Below are positions 24,334 to 35,822 of a stretch of 64,000 bases of DNA, piece by piece. Within the stretch, counting starts at the first letter, position 1; each line of letters begins with the position of its first letter. The stretch spans positions 124,001-188,000 of the IMG/VR virus record IMGVR_UViG_3300007735_000804; one strand, 5' to 3'. The notes under the pieces were generated by a model that was not told the origin of the DNA, ran no database searches, and saw nothing but the letters and a program-made list of their open reading frames with translations. Position numbers and translations under genes: made by a program.

Positions 24334-26169
24334 TTAATATAAATCGAACCATGCAGATCCATTGAATCCTTGATGTTTATTGGTGCTTGTATTGTAAATG
24401 ATCGCACCTGGTACAGTTGATAATCCAGATCTACCTGAATTTGAAACTTTTGGTGGAATCATAAATCGGAGAGTATCGCCAAAGTTTATATGATTGGATC
24501 CCGCAGCACTAAAATCTGCGAAACAACTTGGTGTAGTAGTTCCAACTCCGACTCCTTGAAAATAAGCTACACCTCTAGCGGCATCAATACTTACGTTATA
24601 CGATTGTCCTGGAGCATCATTAAAAATTGTTGTTCCAATTCCAATTCCACCATTATCATTAATTATGATTTGATTGCTGGTATAATAATTAGACCCAGAA
24701 TTTATTATCACTGGGTAAGTTTGTGAAACATTTGTTTTGATACCAATATTGCCAGATGTTCTTAATGTAGTTACAGATGTAATTCCAGTTACGAGAACAG
24801 TTCCAAGTGTGGAAATTCCTGATGTGTTTATATTACCAATAAATGTTCCAGTTATTGAATTTGCGTTAAAAGTAGTTACAGAGAAATTATTTGCAGTTAA
24901 AAGTGAATTTATAGTTAGATTACCATCAACTGTAAGATTTCCATTAACATATGAACTACCAGTTACTGTAGAAGTTCCAACAACATGTAAAGTATTAGTT
25001 GGAGTTGTGATACCCAATCCCAGACAACCACCATAAGTTAAAGTCATCAGTGGAGAGTTTGCACTCTTACCATAGATCCAGTTGAAACTACCAGTATTAA
25101 TTCCAGCGATAGAACCTAGATGTAAATAATTGTTTAGATTTCCAAGACCATAATTAATTACATCTAGAGAAGAAGTTGTGCTATACTTTTGACTTACATT
25201 AGTATTTCCAAATCTTAAATCACCATTGTTTCCAGTACGAGTAACACTTCCTCCAATTGAAATGTAAGCCTCATTACCATTATCACTTGTTAATTGAACT
25301 GATGCTCCAGTATTTGCATCACGAATATGGATGACCGCGTTAGGATTATTTGTTCCTACGCCAATTGCCCCTAAAGGTGCAATATTCAGTAGTGTATAAA
25401 TTGTAGATATTCCAGATGTAGAAAATCCACTATTGATTGAGGTAATAATTCCAATTTGTGCGTTAATTGTCCGTGTTGTTAATATTCCACTTGAATTGTA
25501 ATTATTTGCTGAAATATTAGTTACTGTGATACTTGGACTTCCACTTAAACTTAATGCAGTAGAGGCAATTCCCGTAACATTTCCCCTAAAACCACTAATT
25601 GCTGTGATAATTCCAGCAACATTGATGTTTGAAGGAAGTCTAGAATTATTTAAAGTTCCAGAAGATATATTAACCGCATCAATTCCTGTTATATTTGTCC
25701 CAAACCCAGCAAAAGATAATGCTGTCACTATTCCAGTGTAGGATGCATTTCCAGTCGAGTTGATTGTAACTCCAGTTCCAACTTGTAAATTTCCTCTTGG
25801 AATCGTAGTTCCTATACCAACACTAAAAGATGTAGAAATTGTAGAGTTACTGCTGTTTACATACCAACCATCAACAGCAATCGCATAAATTCCAGTTAAA
25901 CCAGACGCACTTCCAGAGAAAGACGTTGCAGTAACAATGCCCGTAACTGATACACCTTGAGTTGCACTTAAAACTCCTACCGTTGCGATACCAGCATATA
26001 AACTATTTGCTGTCACAAAACCAACAATTTTTGCATTTCCGCGAATATCTAAAAATTCAGTGGGAATAGAAGTTCCGATTCCCACTAAACCATTTGGATT
26101 TACAATAAAATTGTCGTCATCAATCTGAACACCATTACGAAGATTAAATGACTTTCTATAATTTGCCAT
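24334..26169 (-). CDS. tail fibre-associated structural protein
   Basis: Repeated G.VGIGTT.P...LDV.G and GIVTA motifs; C-terminal GAIIYNT. Confidence 0.75.
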   Translation of the reverse strand: MANYRKSFNLRNGVQIDDDNFIVNPNGLVGIGTSIPTEFLDIRGNAKIVGFVTANSLYAGIATVGVLSATQGVSVTGIVTATSFSGSASGLTGIYAIAVDGWYVNSSNSTISTSFSVGIGTTIPRGNLQVGTGVTINSTGNASYTGIVTALSFAGFGTNITGIDAVNISSGTLNNSRLPSNINVAGIITAISGFRGNVTGIASTALSLSGSPSITVTNISANNYNSSGILTTRTINAQIGIITSINSGFSTSGISTIYTLLNIAPLGAIGVGTNNPNAVIHIRDANTGASVQLTSDNGNEAYISIGGSVTRTGNNGDLRFGNTNVSQKYSTTSSLDVINYGLGNLNNYLHLGSIAGINTGSFNWIYGKSANSPLMTLTYGGCLGLGITTPTNTLHVVGTSTVTGSSYVNGNLTVDGNLTINSLLTANNFSVTTFNANSITGTFIGNINTSGISTLGTVLVTGITSVTTLRTSGNIGIKTNVSQTYPVIINSGSNYYTSNQIIINDNGGIGIGTTIFNDAPGQSYNVSIDAARGVAYFQGVGVGTTTPSCFADFSAAGSNHINFGDTLRFMIPPKVSNSGRSGLSTVPGAIIYNTSTNKHQGFNGSAWFDLY

Positions 26170-26178
26170 TTGAAATTT

Positions 26179-26811
26179 TTAACTATTTATTGGTCTGTTG
26201 ATCTGATAAACTTTCGGAATATATGTATCAATAGTTGCTTGTATATCAAAACTTTTACCTTTTCCAATTTTCAGATATTTGCCAAAATTGAGACTGGTAA
26301 AACTTTCATCTTCTGAACTCTTATATGCTATTGTGTTTGGTTCCGAATCATATATTGGATTTGTAATCCAAATATCTTTTTCGTTATCAACAAGATTAAT
26401 TGTCTCCCCTGTTGATATTTTAATTTGCTCACCATTTAAAGTTATGGGCGTATTAAAACAGACCCAATCAATTCCTTCATCTACATTTGTAGTAAATAAA
26501 GTATCCATATGTACAGAATAACACCATTTTGTATTATCTTCTAATGCTGTTATTAGTATTGCTTTTTGCGGTCTTCTATTAAAACAATCACCGGCAGATA
26601 CAATACCCGATGCATTACTATCAATTTCTCGACAATTAAGACTACCACTAGTTACAAAAGTACATCCATAATCTTCTATTTGATTGTCATCACCAATTGG
26701 AATTTTTGATAAGTCGCATGTAATAAATATTTCTCCTTTATTCATATTCCAATAAGATGTGCATAATTTATTTTTACTATCCCTAAATCTTTTAAATTCT
26801 ACTGGTTGCAT
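26179..26811 (-). CDS. hypothetical protein, possibly cupin-like
   Basis: TFVTSGSL...AGDCF...ITALEDNTKWC; coupled to the adhesin gene. Confidence 0.6.
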   Translation of the reverse strand: MQPVEFKRFRDSKNKLCTSYWNMNKGEIFITCDLSKIPIGDDNQIEDYGCTFVTSGSLNCREIDSNASGIVSAGDCFNRRPQKAILITALEDNTKWCYSVHMDTLFTTNVDEGIDWVCFNTPITLNGEQIKISTGETINLVDNEKDIWITNPIYDSEPNTIAYKSSEDESFTSLNFGKYLKIGKGKSFDIQATIDTYIPKVYQINRPINS

Positions 26812-27707
26812 TATGCTACCCCCCCTAATCTAATTCCTTCTACTAGCCAAGTTGCATAACCACTATTAACTATATAGTTTCCTCCAGATCCTCCATTGCC
26901 CCCATTGCCCCCATTGCCGTCGGTGCCCTTATTACCGCTAGATCCAAGATCTCCACCACTACCCCCAGTTCCTGATTCAGCTCTTCCGCTGTTAGAACCG
27001 CCACCACCGGCGCCGCCACTGACAAGAGTTCCACTATTGCCATCATTACCACCAGATCCACCGTTACCCGCATCATATCCTGCACCACCTCCGCCACCTC
27101 CACCATCGGAAGTATCAGTATAGCAATCTTGAGTAAAACAAGATTTAGGTATACAATAGTTTTGATATCCATATCCACCAGCGCCACCGCCACCGCCACC
27201 GCCTGCTATAGTACCATTGTTTGTAATAAAGGTGGATAATAAAAGTGTTAGAGCTGGACCACCATTACCTCCAGCATCACCATTTGTATTTCCTCCATTA
27301 CCACCTTTTCCAACAATAAAGTTATTGTTTATTAGGTATAATGAAGATCCTGCAGGAAATGTTCCAGTATCAAAAGCAGTTGATGTAGTGCTAGTAGATC
27401 CTATTACTCCATTCACCGTTACATATAATTTAACGGGTAAATTATTACTTACAATTGTTGCAATTGATTTGTACCCCCCAACAACAGATGCATTTGAAAG
27501 ATCAGAATATGCATTATAGTTTTGATTTGTACCTATTGTTCTCGTAGCGTTGATAATCTTTCCATAAAAATTAGAAAATTTTATAGGACCACTATTTGGA
27601 ATGCCTGCATCTAGTCCATAATAATTTGATAGAGATACTGGACTAGCAACACCAAATTCATCAGTTATTTCAGTAAAAGAAAGTTGCCCAGAAGATTTAA
27701 TAGTCAT
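26811..27707 (-). CDS. Gly-rich tail-fibre tip adhesin (T-even gp38-like)
   Basis: [12 protein letters not shown]...SLSNYY...P.SG.I..SNFYG N-terminus; polyglycine C-terminus; follows an S74 fibre. Confidence 0.7.
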   Translation of the reverse strand: MTIKSSGQLSFTEITDEFGVASPVSLSNYYGLDAGIPNSGPIKFSNFYGKIINATRTIGTNQNYNAYSDLSNASVVGGYKSIATIVSNNLPVKLYVTVNGVIGSTSTTSTAFDTGTFPAGSSLYLINNNFIVGKGGNGGNTNGDAGGNGGPALTLLLSTFITNNGTIAGGGGGGGAGGYGYQNYCIPKSCFTQDCYTDTSDGGGGGGGAGYDAGNGGSGGNDGNSGTLVSGGAGGGGSNSGRAESGTGGSGGDLGSSGNKGTDGNGGNGGNGGSGGNYIVNSGYATWLVEGIRLGGVA

Positions 27708-27712
27708 TCTTA

Positions 27713-30700
27713 TTATTTCTTGTTAATTGACTTTTTTAAATCATCAATTTCAGTTTTTAAATCTTTAATTGCCTCAATCAGAAGTGGCACGAGTTTCTCA
27801 TAACGAACTGCAAGATAACCATTTTCTCTAGATGTAACTGCTTGAGGTAAGACTTCAAGAATTTCTTGTGCAACAACACCAATATCACTACCTTCCTTAC
27901 CAGATTCATTGTTCCAATCAAAGGTATTGCCACTAATTGAAATGACTTTCTCAAGCGCATCTGGAATTGGGGTAATATTATCCTTAAGTCTTTGGTCTGA
28001 AGTATAAAATGCGGTAATATCACCAGTTACATTTAAAGCACCATTAACTTGTGTTGAAGCATTAAACAACTGCAGAATTGTATTGTAAGATCCAGCACCA
28101 TTCTTAACATTAAATTGGATTTGACCACTATTTGTGGTGTTATTAATTCCAAATACACCATCACCACCACCATCACTATGAAGATCTCCTTGTCCGGCGC
28201 CACTAGAGTTAATGTTTAAGGCATTTACGGAGGTGCTGCCAGAAACAGATAGAGTGCTTGAGAGTGTCGTAGATCCAGTGACATTCAATGTAGAATTGAA
28301 TGTGGATATTCCAGTTACATTTAGTGTTGAATTAAGTGATGTTGCTCCAGTAACGCCCAATGTAGAACTTAATGTTGTTGCTCCAGTAACGCCTAATGTA
28401 GAACTTAATGTTGTTGCTCCAGTAACGTCCAATGTAGAACTTAATGTCGTTGCTCCAGTTACATTTAAGGTCCCACCAACATTTAGATTTTTACCAATAC
28501 CAACTCCACCCGAAATAATTAAGTTTCCAGTTGTGGTTGAAGTTGATTGCGACCCTTGTGTTAGACGAACTATATTGTTAAAAGTAGATAGTGCTTTTAT
28601 TCTCAACTCTTTGTTGAAGGTGACAGGACCATCAAATTGAGAAAGAACCGCGCCAGATACACCACCTTCAACTAGAAGTCTTTCTTTAACAGTAACTTCA
28701 TCAAATACAACACTGAGTTTATTTGGGTCTTGACCCGTTACTGTTGGATTTGGAATGTCATAAGAAATAACTTCTCCGCTGGATGCGGAAGTTTTGGTGT
28801 TACCAGTGTAAAAATCACCATTGTTGTTCATACCTGTATAAACAACAACCCCACAAGAACGCTCTTGAGAATTTGCCAAGAAGTTTTCTTGGTCATTTAG
28901 AGTCTTAACTTGAACTTGTGGTAAACCTGTAGAATAGTTGCCAGGACCATAACCAAGATATTCAAAGGTATGTCCAGAAGCGCGAAGAATTGATGGTCTG
29001 CGGAATTCAATCGCAATTGGGTTGATTTTGCGAATTAATGAATTAGCATCATGATCTTCTTGAACTGTACCAAGAGCTCCACGAATAACAGACGCAGAAG
29101 TAGTATTATTACTACTTATAACTCTCATAATTTCATTATCAATTTGAATATAAGAACCTAGTGGTAATCTTTGTGCTGTTCCAATTCCAACACCAGTAAT
29201 ATTAATTACAGTGCCAGTGGTTAATGTAGATGTAAGTGTAAATTTATCGTTTGCATAGAAAGCGACGCTACGTGCCCCAAAGTTTTCACCCCTATCATCA
29301 GAAGTTGCTTCATTAGAACTGAGACCATGCTTTAAGATATAACCGCTTGCTGTTGCAATACCTACGTTAGTAATTGCTGTAAATGTTGTTACGCCAACCT
29401 TTTTCTCTACAATATAATCTCCAAGATTGTTGTTGTTAGAATCGATAATTCTGAATTTATTTCCAACAAGAAGACCGTGTGCAGAAGAAGTTGTAAATGT
29501 TGTAATACCAGTCGTGGATTCGGAAATTGCAGACGATAGACCAATAGAAGGTCCAACTACAAATACATATTGACTACTTAAAATTATTGGATCTCCAGAA
29601 GTTTTAGCAATTGAAATTGTAGTTGAAGATGGGACAGATGTAATTCTGTAATAACCATCAGATGTTGTTCCAGTACCCGTAACTTGAATTACATCATTAA
29701 TATTGGTGGAAATACCTGCTGTAGTGATAGTATATCTTGCATTTCCATTACCAGTTCCGATTTTTGTTCTATCGAAGTGTAACCCAGTTGCTGAATAACC
29801 AGAACCAGGTGCCATAAGTTCTGCAGAAACTACACCACCACCAACTACTTCAACTTTTGCCGTTGCTCCATTCCAAGTTCCAACGGATGGATTTGAACTG
29901 CTATTTAAAAGTTTTACATTATAATAAACTCCATCATTGTAAGATGCACCTGAAGTTAGAGATGAATATGTTACAATTCCAGAAAGACCATGGAATCTTG
30001 GGAATGTAATTGTGGCAATTCCTGAAGATGATGCAATAGAACTAATTGTAAGACCAATACCTATATCTTTAAGTGTAAGGTCTGCAGTTTCTCTAGTGAT
30101 ACTGTTCTTTAAATCATTTGTATCAATCGCACCAATTGGAGAGCGTTTTGCAAAAGTTTTTGCAGATGGTGGATTATCATTTATATTATCACGATCAAGT
30201 TGTGGATATAAGTCTACTGGCAGTTGCCCATATTCAAGGTTTGTGAATAGATTTGCATTAACTGTATTGCTTGCATTTAAAACATATAAATGATATATGC
30301 CGTCTTGTTGATTGTAAATATATGGGGAAATAACTTCATTTCGGTAAATATACAAGTTTCCTTGCAAATCATTCCTCTCAAATCTTGGAAGATTTACATC
30401 TCTAGTTGTTGTAGTATCTGTAAATGTTCCTGGTGTATGCCCATTACCTTCTACATCTGTAGTTGAATATTGAAAAGTATATGCGTCGCTGATAGCAGTA
30501 ATCGCAAATCTTCCATTATAACCTTCATTGAATGTGCCACTTACATTTGAAGAACTTTTCACATTTCTGATGATTACTAGATCTCCAACTTGAAGATCAT
30601 GTGGTAATTCTGAAATAACTGTAACTGTGCTAGAAATTACAGAACAAGTTGAAATAAATCTTGGGTTTTTTAAGTAATCATAATCAGTACTCGCAATACT

Positions 30701-33214
30701 TGTTCTGGTAAAATCAGTGCTAGTTCTAATGCCAGTAGAACTAGATTCTTGAATTACAAATCCAGTTTCAGGATCTTTTGCATTTCGAAGTTCTTTTGGA
30801 ATAACAACTCTAAATTTATAAAGTTTTTCATCCAAACTTCTTTCATCTGATGTGCGCTTAATATAAGCAAGATCTGTAGTTGTTCCATATGTTGCCGTTC
30901 CACCAATACTTAAAGCATTATAAATTTGATTATTTGAATTGACATGAATAAACCAGTTTTTATTTTGTGCATCAAATTGAACTGGCGATCCAAATTCTCC
31001 AGATTCTTTATCCGAAACACGACTCAAGATATGAAGATTAGTTCCTCCCGATAATTGAATAGCTTGACCCTGAAGTGCGTTTGTATAAGAAGACGCAAGT
31101 CTGATCGTATTATTATCACCAACATTAATAGCATAATAAGTTTCATGAGCATCAATATTTTCAGGAAGATCACCATCATCACTTATAATTTTAACTTTTT
31201 CACCTGTAATAAAATTGTTAGAACCGACTGTAAATGATGTTGTAAACCCCGTGGATGGGGTTGTAGTTGCATTATAATATTTGACTGAACTTGTAGTTCC
31301 ATAAGCTGTTGTGAGTCCAGTTGCACTTATTACATTATCACACATGTAAATACTAGATTCACTTGTTCCAGTACTTAGAGGAACATATAACTTATCATTT
31401 AATTTTGCACCAATTCGATAACCTTGTGTTTGCGATGATGGTGCTGCGTCGGGGGAGTTGAATCCATAAAGATAAAGATGACTTGAGATACCAACAGAAG
31501 TTGTTAAACCAACATCTAGTGATAACCATTCAACATTCTCTTCAGATGAAACAACAGATCTTGGAGGAATGATTGACGTAATAAAAGCATTATTATCTTT
31601 ATCAAATGATTCTTTTTTAAATCCAGAAGAATTTAAAGAAATTTGTCCAAAGTTTGAGTTGGAGTTAGTGATTGAACCATCGCCACCAGACTCTGCATCA
31701 AAATGTTTATTAAAACCAATTGCGAATACAGAAACAATTTGAATGAACGCATCATTACTAATTTTAATGTGACTTGTTTCCCATCCTTGACGATAAATTG
31801 CATCTGGATCTAGATGATAAACTTGACTTGAATCTGTTTGTGATGAACCATTTGGAAGATCGGAACCAGTAACTGTGGTATAATCTATTTTTTCATAAGT
31901 TCTCGATGACTTATTATACTTTGCAAATGCACGATCATCTTTTTGAAGAGATACTGCAGTAAATTGTGCAACAACTGTGCTTCTGAAACCAGATGCTTTA
32001 CTACCATCGGCATGAAGACCATTCATACCCCATACAGAACGTAATGAGGTATTAAAGATATAAGGTGAGGCACCAGATACAGTATCAGTTTCAACGGTTA
32101 CTGTTGCACTCGCAGGACTTGGACTTGGATTAATTGTTGGATAAGATCCCAGTGCTGGTAAAAGATAAGTAAATGATGTGGAACTCTCAACACTTCTAAC
32201 TATTGTTGAAATATTATAGGGTTGAGTAACACCAGAACCACCGACTCCATTAATTTTAATAGGAGTTCCTGCATTTAATCCATGCTCATTTGATGTTGTA
32301 ACTGTAACAAGAGATGTTGCAACACTACCATTACCAGAAATAATTGAAGAGATTGAAATTGGGTCTGCAGCAAAGGCACCAACAATCTCCCACTCTGGAT
32401 TTCTCTTTGCAAACCCAAGAGGACTTCCTGGATATTTTTGAGTTATTTGACGATAAGCATTATAAGCATTACCAACCTTACTATAATACATATCAAGGTC
32501 TGTGATTCCATAAGACCCAACCTTGTTTACTCCATCACAAAACTCAAAACAAGTTAGTTTGTGATGAGAGAAATTAGGTGTAGATGTATTAATTGATCCA
32601 AAATTATCTGGATTAGTATAAACAAAACTACTTGGATCTGCATCAAATAAAGAGAATTGCCAGAAATAACAAGCACCAGTAATTCTAAAAATCGCAGATT
32701 TTGCTACAGTATCATCAGTTGGATTTGGAACATATTTTGGACGAATCTTGGTTTTTCTTAAATCGAGACCAACAATAGAGGTGCCTCTTGGAACAACAAC
32801 ACCACCATAATAACTATTAAACTTATAAAGAATATTATCTTCTTGTGTTAGATCAAAGTTAGAGTCTAATCCAAGAGAAAGAACAGAAGACGCTAAAACT
32901 CCTACACCACCTGCTCTTGAAACCGCATAAGCAGTACCACCGTTATCATAAATGGCAAAACCAGGTCTATTGTCAATTAAGTGCTCACCAGGGAACAACA
33001 GAATCGTTGTCTTCTCTGTAATATCATTATTATCTCCAGCAACATAAGAGAATCTTGCTGCTTCTAACAGTGCTCTCTGAACTGTTTTAAAAGGACGGGC
33101 AAGAGAATTACCTTCATTCTCTATACTATCTGTAGAATCAAGGTCGTTAGGATTGACATAAAGAATACGACCTTCAGTATTCTTAATAAAATTATCTAAC
33201 TTATTAAGAGGCAT
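27713..33214 (-). CDS. long tail fibre with C-terminal intramolecular chaperone (peptidase S74)
   Basis: 1833 aa; [10 protein letters not shown]...GVVAQE...[17 protein letters not shown]. Confidence 0.85.
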   Translation of the reverse strand: MPLNKLDNFIKNTEGRILYVNPNDLDSTDSIENEGNSLARPFKTVQRALLEAARFSYVAGDNNDITEKTTILLFPGEHLIDNRPGFAIYDNGGTAYAVSRAGGVGVLASSVLSLGLDSNFDLTQEDNILYKFNSYYGGVVVPRGTSIVGLDLRKTKIRPKYVPNPTDDTVAKSAIFRITGACYFWQFSLFDADPSSFVYTNPDNFGSINTSTPNFSHHKLTCFEFCDGVNKVGSYGITDLDMYYSKVGNAYNAYRQITQKYPGSPLGFAKRNPEWEIVGAFAADPISISSIISGNGSVATSLVTVTTSNEHGLNAGTPIKINGVGGSGVTQPYNISTIVRSVESSTSFTYLLPALGSYPTINPSPSPASATVTVETDTVSGASPYIFNTSLRSVWGMNGLHADGSKASGFRSTVVAQFTAVSLQKDDRAFAKYNKSSRTYEKIDYTTVTGSDLPNGSSQTDSSQVYHLDPDAIYRQGWETSHIKISNDAFIQIVSVFAIGFNKHFDAESGGDGSITNSNSNFGQISLNSSGFKKESFDKDNNAFITSIIPPRSVVSSEENVEWLSLDVGLTTSVGISSHLYLYGFNSPDAAPSSQTQGYRIGAKLNDKLYVPLSTGTSESSIYMCDNVISATGLTTAYGTTSSVKYYNATTTPSTGFTTSFTVGSNNFITGEKVKIISDDGDLPENIDAHETYYAINVGDNNTIRLASSYTNALQGQAIQLSGGTNLHILSRVSDKESGEFGSPVQFDAQNKNWFIHVNSNNQIYNALSIGGTATYGTTTDLAYIKRTSDERSLDEKLYKFRVVIPKELRNAKDPETGFVIQESSSTGIRTSTDFTRTSIASTDYDYLKNPRFISTCSVISSTVTVISELPHDLQVGDLVIIRNVKSSSNVSGTFNEGYNGRFAITAISDAYTFQYSTTDVEGNGHTPGTFTDTTTTRDVNLPRFERNDLQGNLYIYRNEVISPYIYNQQDGIYHLYVLNASNTVNANLFTNLEYGQLPVDLYPQLDRDNINDNPPSAKTFAKRSPIGAIDTNDLKNSITRETADLTLKDIGIGLTISSIASSSGIATITFPRFHGLSGIVTYSSLTSGASYNDGVYYNVKLLNSSSNPSVGTWNGATAKVEVVGGGVVSAELMAPGSGYSATGLHFDRTKIGTGNGNARYTITTAGISTNINDVIQVTGTGTTSDGYYRITSVPSSTTISIAKTSGDPIILSSQYVFVVGPSIGLSSAISESTTGITTFTTSSAHGLLVGNKFRIIDSNNNNLGDYIVEKKVGVTTFTAITNVGIATASGYILKHGLSSNEATSDDRGENFGARSVAFYANDKFTLTSTLTTGTVINITGVGIGTAQRLPLGSYIQIDNEIMRVISSNNTTSASVIRGALGTVQEDHDANSLIRKINPIAIEFRRPSILRASGHTFEYLGYGPGNYSTGLPQVQVKTLNDQENFLANSQERSCGVVVYTGMNNNGDFYTGNTKTSASSGEVISYDIPNPTVTGQDPNKLSVVFDEVTVKERLLVEGGVSGAVLSQFDGPVTFNKELRIKALSTFNNIVRLTQGSQSTSTTTGNLIISGGVGIGKNLNVGGTLNVTGATTLSSTLDVTGATTLSSTLGVTGATTLSSTLGVTGATSLNSTLNVTGISTFNSTLNVTGSTTLSSTLSVSGSTSVNALNINSSGAGQGDLHSDGGGDGVFGINNTTNSGQIQFNVKNGAGSYNTILQLFNASTQVNGALNVTGDITAFYTSDQRLKDNITPIPDALEKVISISGNTFDWNNESGKEGSDIGVVAQEILEVLPQAVTSRENGYLAVRYEKLVPLLIEAIKDLKTEIDDLKKSINKK
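28340..28470. repeat. 36-bp tandem repeat (12-aa [11 protein letters not shown]) in the fibre
   Basis: GTTGCTCCAGTAACGYCYAATGTAGAACTTAATGT x3 plus degenerate flanks. Confidence 0.85.
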
Positions 33215-33249
33215 CGGATTATTACGACCAGAATATTTCTATGTTCTAT

Positions 33250-33555
33250 TTAGCTGGTCAAATCTTCCTCACCATATTCATATTCGATGTCATCTGGCAT
33301 ATCTTCAGGGTTCTCTAACTCAACTGGAAAGAAGCAAGGATGGACTTCTTCATCTATCAGATAGAAAGAAGTGCGATATAAATCATCTGGTTCAAAAGAT
33401 CTGTTTTTATCAGCTGCTCTACAAAGATCTTGATCATACAAATGTCCATCAGGCATTTCATCAAACGTAAAAGGAACGTGGTTGATGAAGTACATTTTCA
33501 CAATCATACTGCCATTGTTGTACCAGCAATATGCGTGATCTATGCGATAAGACAT
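33250..33555 (-). CDS. conserved cyanophage hypothetical protein
   Basis: IVKMYFINHVPFTFDE...YLIDEEVHPC. Confidence 0.75.
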   Translation of the reverse strand: MSYRIDHAYCWYNNGSMIVKMYFINHVPFTFDEMPDGHLYDQDLCRAADKNRSFEPDDLYRTSFYLIDEEVHPCFFPVELENPEDMPDDIEYEYGEEDLTS

Positions 33556-33586
33556 AGGGTTTTCCCATATCTTATATTTATTTTTA

Positions 33587-33659
33587 TACCCGTGAGTGGA
33601 TTCGAACCACCGCTTGGAACATTTTAAGTGTTCTGCCTCTTCCGCTGGGCTACACGGGC
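33587..33659 (-). tRNA. tRNA-Leu(UAA), short variable arm
   Basis: GCCCGTG/CACGGGT-A acceptor, GAACA-CTTAAAA-TGTTC anticodon arm, GGTGG-TTCGAAT-CCACT T arm. Confidence 0.9.
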
Positions 33660-33736
33660 TGGTGGTCGCAGTGGGAATCTAACCCACCTTCGGCGGTTTA
33701 TGAGACCGCTGCATTCGAACAGATTGCTATACGACC
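33660..33736 (-). tRNA. tRNA with CAU anticodon (Met or Ile2), encoded CCA
   Basis: GGTCGTA/TGCGACC-A-CCA, GCGGT-CTCATAA-ACCGC, T loop TTAGATT. Confidence 0.85.
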
Positions 33737-33768
33737 TACATTCGCTATTCGCAAACAACGAATAGCAA

Positions 33769-33856
33769 TACGAGTGCCTGGATTCGAACCAGGTCAAAGC
33801 CGCTAATCTGGCGGAAAGAGTTTATAAGACTCCTCTGACTACCAAGTCTCACTCGC
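33769..33856 (-). tRNA. atypical tRNA with UAU anticodon (nominally Ile) and long variable arm
   Basis: GCGAGTG/CACTCGT-A, GGAGT-CTTATAA-ACTCT, CCGC/GCGG variable stem, CCTGG-TTCGAAT-CCAGG. Confidence 0.8.
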
Positions 33857-33866
33857 AATACAAATA

Positions 33867-34040
33867 CTACGGAGCTTCATTATTAAGCTCAGTATGTATT
33901 CGTATAAGGTCATCATCAAAGGGCATCATAACTGCTGCCTGTCCATCTTCATTGATAATACCTATGTGCTCGCCATTCTCTACACGAGTCATAAGTTCAT
34001 CCCATCGTTCCTGAAACTCTTCCACAGTGAAAACTTCCAT
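33867..34040 (-). CDS. Phd/YefM-like small protein (57 aa)
   Basis: Read by hand: MEVFTVEEFQERWDELMTRVENGEHIGIINEDGQAAVMMP... Confidence 0.6.
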   Translation of the reverse strand: MEVFTVEEFQERWDELMTRVENGEHIGIINEDGQAAVMMPFDDDLIRIHTELNNEAP

Positions 34041-34051
34041 GGTGTTGATAT

Positions 34052-34258
34052 TTAGTTGGACTCACCATACACGGCAAGATCAGCGTACTCAATTTGTTCG
34101 GGGTCAAGATTTGCGGTAACAACTTCCAGAACGTTCATAAACTCTTGAACGGTCTCACATTCAACCAGACGTTCACTACCTTGATCGCTCAATAGAAGGA
34201 AGGTGCGAGTGCAGACATCAATCACAATACCTTGAACGGTTTCTTGTGCGGTGCTCAT
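34052..34258 (-). CDS. conserved hypothetical protein
   Basis: ORF track; TTGACA-17-TATAAT promoter 34284-34312. Confidence 0.75.
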   Translation of the reverse strand: MSTAQETVQGIVIDVCTRTFLLLSDQGSERLVECETVQEFMNVLEVVTANLDPEQIEYADLAVYGESN

Positions 34259-34301
34259 TGAGGGTTTTCTTGATTACCCCCATATTATAAAGGGTCTTGG
34301 G

Positions 34302-34859
34302 TCAGGTGTCAAGTGGTTTTAAAAAATTCTCCAGAGGGCGATGGGCACCAAACATCCAAAGAATTCTGGGGATGTCTCCTTTTACTTCTGTAACATAATG
34401 TGGTTGCTCTGAAGCATAATAGCAGTGCAAATCTCCGACATTTATATCAATCAATTTTCCATCCACATATAAATTCCCACCACTTTCTGGTGCTTGCGTC
34501 ATTACATTGCATCTAAAAGTTGTCAGACCATCGGGTGATTTTGGATCTTGATGCTCATAAACATCACCTCCATTATATGTAACTGAAACAACAACTCCTT
34601 GGCTTCCGTGACCTAGAATTAAAGGATTATCTTGTAAATTCATAAATTTTCTAATTTTATCAGATATTTCGATTACATATAGTGGATATTTTTTACCTGC
34701 CATATGCATTCTACTTGTAAATCTTTTTTCATAAGCAAATTTACCTCTAGAAAGTCCAGGGGCAACCCAATGCTCTTTAATTCCTTGTAATGCAATATTA
34801 GATAATTTCTTACACTCTTCTTCAGTAAGAAAATTTCTAAAAATTTGAACCATATTCAA
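34302..34859 (-). CDS. 2OG-Fe(II) oxygenase (prolyl-hydroxylase-like)
   Basis: FLTEEEC, HQD...GG.L...H.V..V....R. Confidence 0.85.
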   Translation of the reverse strand: MNMVQIFRNFLTEEECKKLSNIALQGIKEHWVAPGLSRGKFAYEKRFTSRMHMAGKKYPLYVIEISDKIRKFMNLQDNPLILGHGSQGVVVSVTYNGGDVYEHQDPKSPDGLTTFRCNVMTQAPESGGNLYVDGKLIDINVGDLHCYYASEQPHYVTEVKGDIPRILWMFGAHRPLENFLKPLDT

Positions 34860-35596
34860 TAACCAAATCTTTCAAAATCCTTTTTATATAAATTTTTAAT
34901 TAATTCAATAGTAGTATCTGTTATATTTTTTTCTATTTTTTTAGATCCATTATGATGAGGATGTTCTCCCTTGATATTATAGTGCCCTCTTAAAAAATTA
35001 GAACATTCTTTAAGATTTTCAAGTTTAAAAATTTTTAATTTATTGTCGAGATTCACATCTAAAATATCATTCATTCCCAAAAACATTCTAGATGGATATT
35101 TTTCGGGTAATCCATTGGTAGCAAACTCTTTTACAAACTCATTAAAGTCTTTAATCTTGTATTCTTCTTCTTTTTTAGTCAAAGAAAATAATACAGATTC
35201 GTGATTAGAATTCGTACAATAATTCCAAATACTAAACAACCTATCAACAGGATTCCTTACGATTGAAAAAACTTTTTTACTGTCATGCTCAAAAATGTTC
35301 TTACAAAATCCTTGTCTAATTTCAGAAAGACGGTTGATAAAAAAGGTTTGCTCTCCAGAAATAAAATGAAGTAGTCCCCAATCATTTGAATCATCACTAG
35401 TTTTATATGTTGGGGGACATGTTACATAAGGTTGAAACCAGCAATCATCCGACTCATAATCTCTATAAGTAAACACCTTATCAGAAGTGCCGATAAAATG
35501 AGACATACTGATACTAGAAGATCTAGGTATGGGACAATACATCAACAGATCTTCATTCTCATCATTTAATTTTTGTTTTAGATCTTTTAGAATCAT
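34856..35596 (-). CDS. sulfotransferase family 2 protein
   Basis: 5'-PSB-like PIPRSSSIS, 3'-PB SIVRNPVDRLFS, C-terminal Y..DF..FGY. Confidence 0.8.
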   Translation of the reverse strand: MILKDLKQKLNDENEDLLMYCPIPRSSSISMSHFIGTSDKVFTYRDYESDDCWFQPYVTCPPTYKTSDDSNDWGLLHFISGEQTFFINRLSEIRQGFCKNIFEHDSKKVFSIVRNPVDRLFSIWNYCTNSNHESVLFSLTKKEEEYKIKDFNEFVKEFATNGLPEKYPSRMFLGMNDILDVNLDNKLKIFKLENLKECSNFLRGHYNIKGEHPHHNGSKKIEKNITDTTIELIKNLYKKDFERFGY

Positions 35597-35597
35597 A

Positions 35598-35777
35598 CTA
35601 CCACTTTCCTACAGGACACTTTTGACCAGAAAGTCTAACTTTTACAGGCATAAAGCATCCACACTTTTTACATTGACGAGTTGGTTTGAAAAAATGTTCA
35701 CATTGTAAACAGAATTTCATTCTATCGACCGCTTGGCGATTTTCATTATTTTCGGTATTTTCGTTATCCATATCCAT
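35598..35777 (-). CDS. small Cys-rich protein (CxxC...CxxCGC...CPxxKW)
   Basis: Read by hand: ...RMKFCLQCEHFFKPTRQCKKCGCFMPVKVRLSGQKCPVGKW. Confidence 0.75.
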   Translation of the reverse strand: MDMDNENTENNENRQAVDRMKFCLQCEHFFKPTRQCKKCGCFMPVKVRLSGQKCPVGKW

Positions 35778-35822
35778 AATCTTAAATGTTTTATTTTATT
35801 ATAAAATGTTTTGATTAATTTG

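Noticed and set aside
33587-33856. Stop-codon reassignment or selenocysteine tRNA
   Set aside because: Anticodons are UAA, CAU and UAU (sense), the UAU tRNA has a 7/5 acceptor/T fold, and core genes read through intact in code 11 using all three stops
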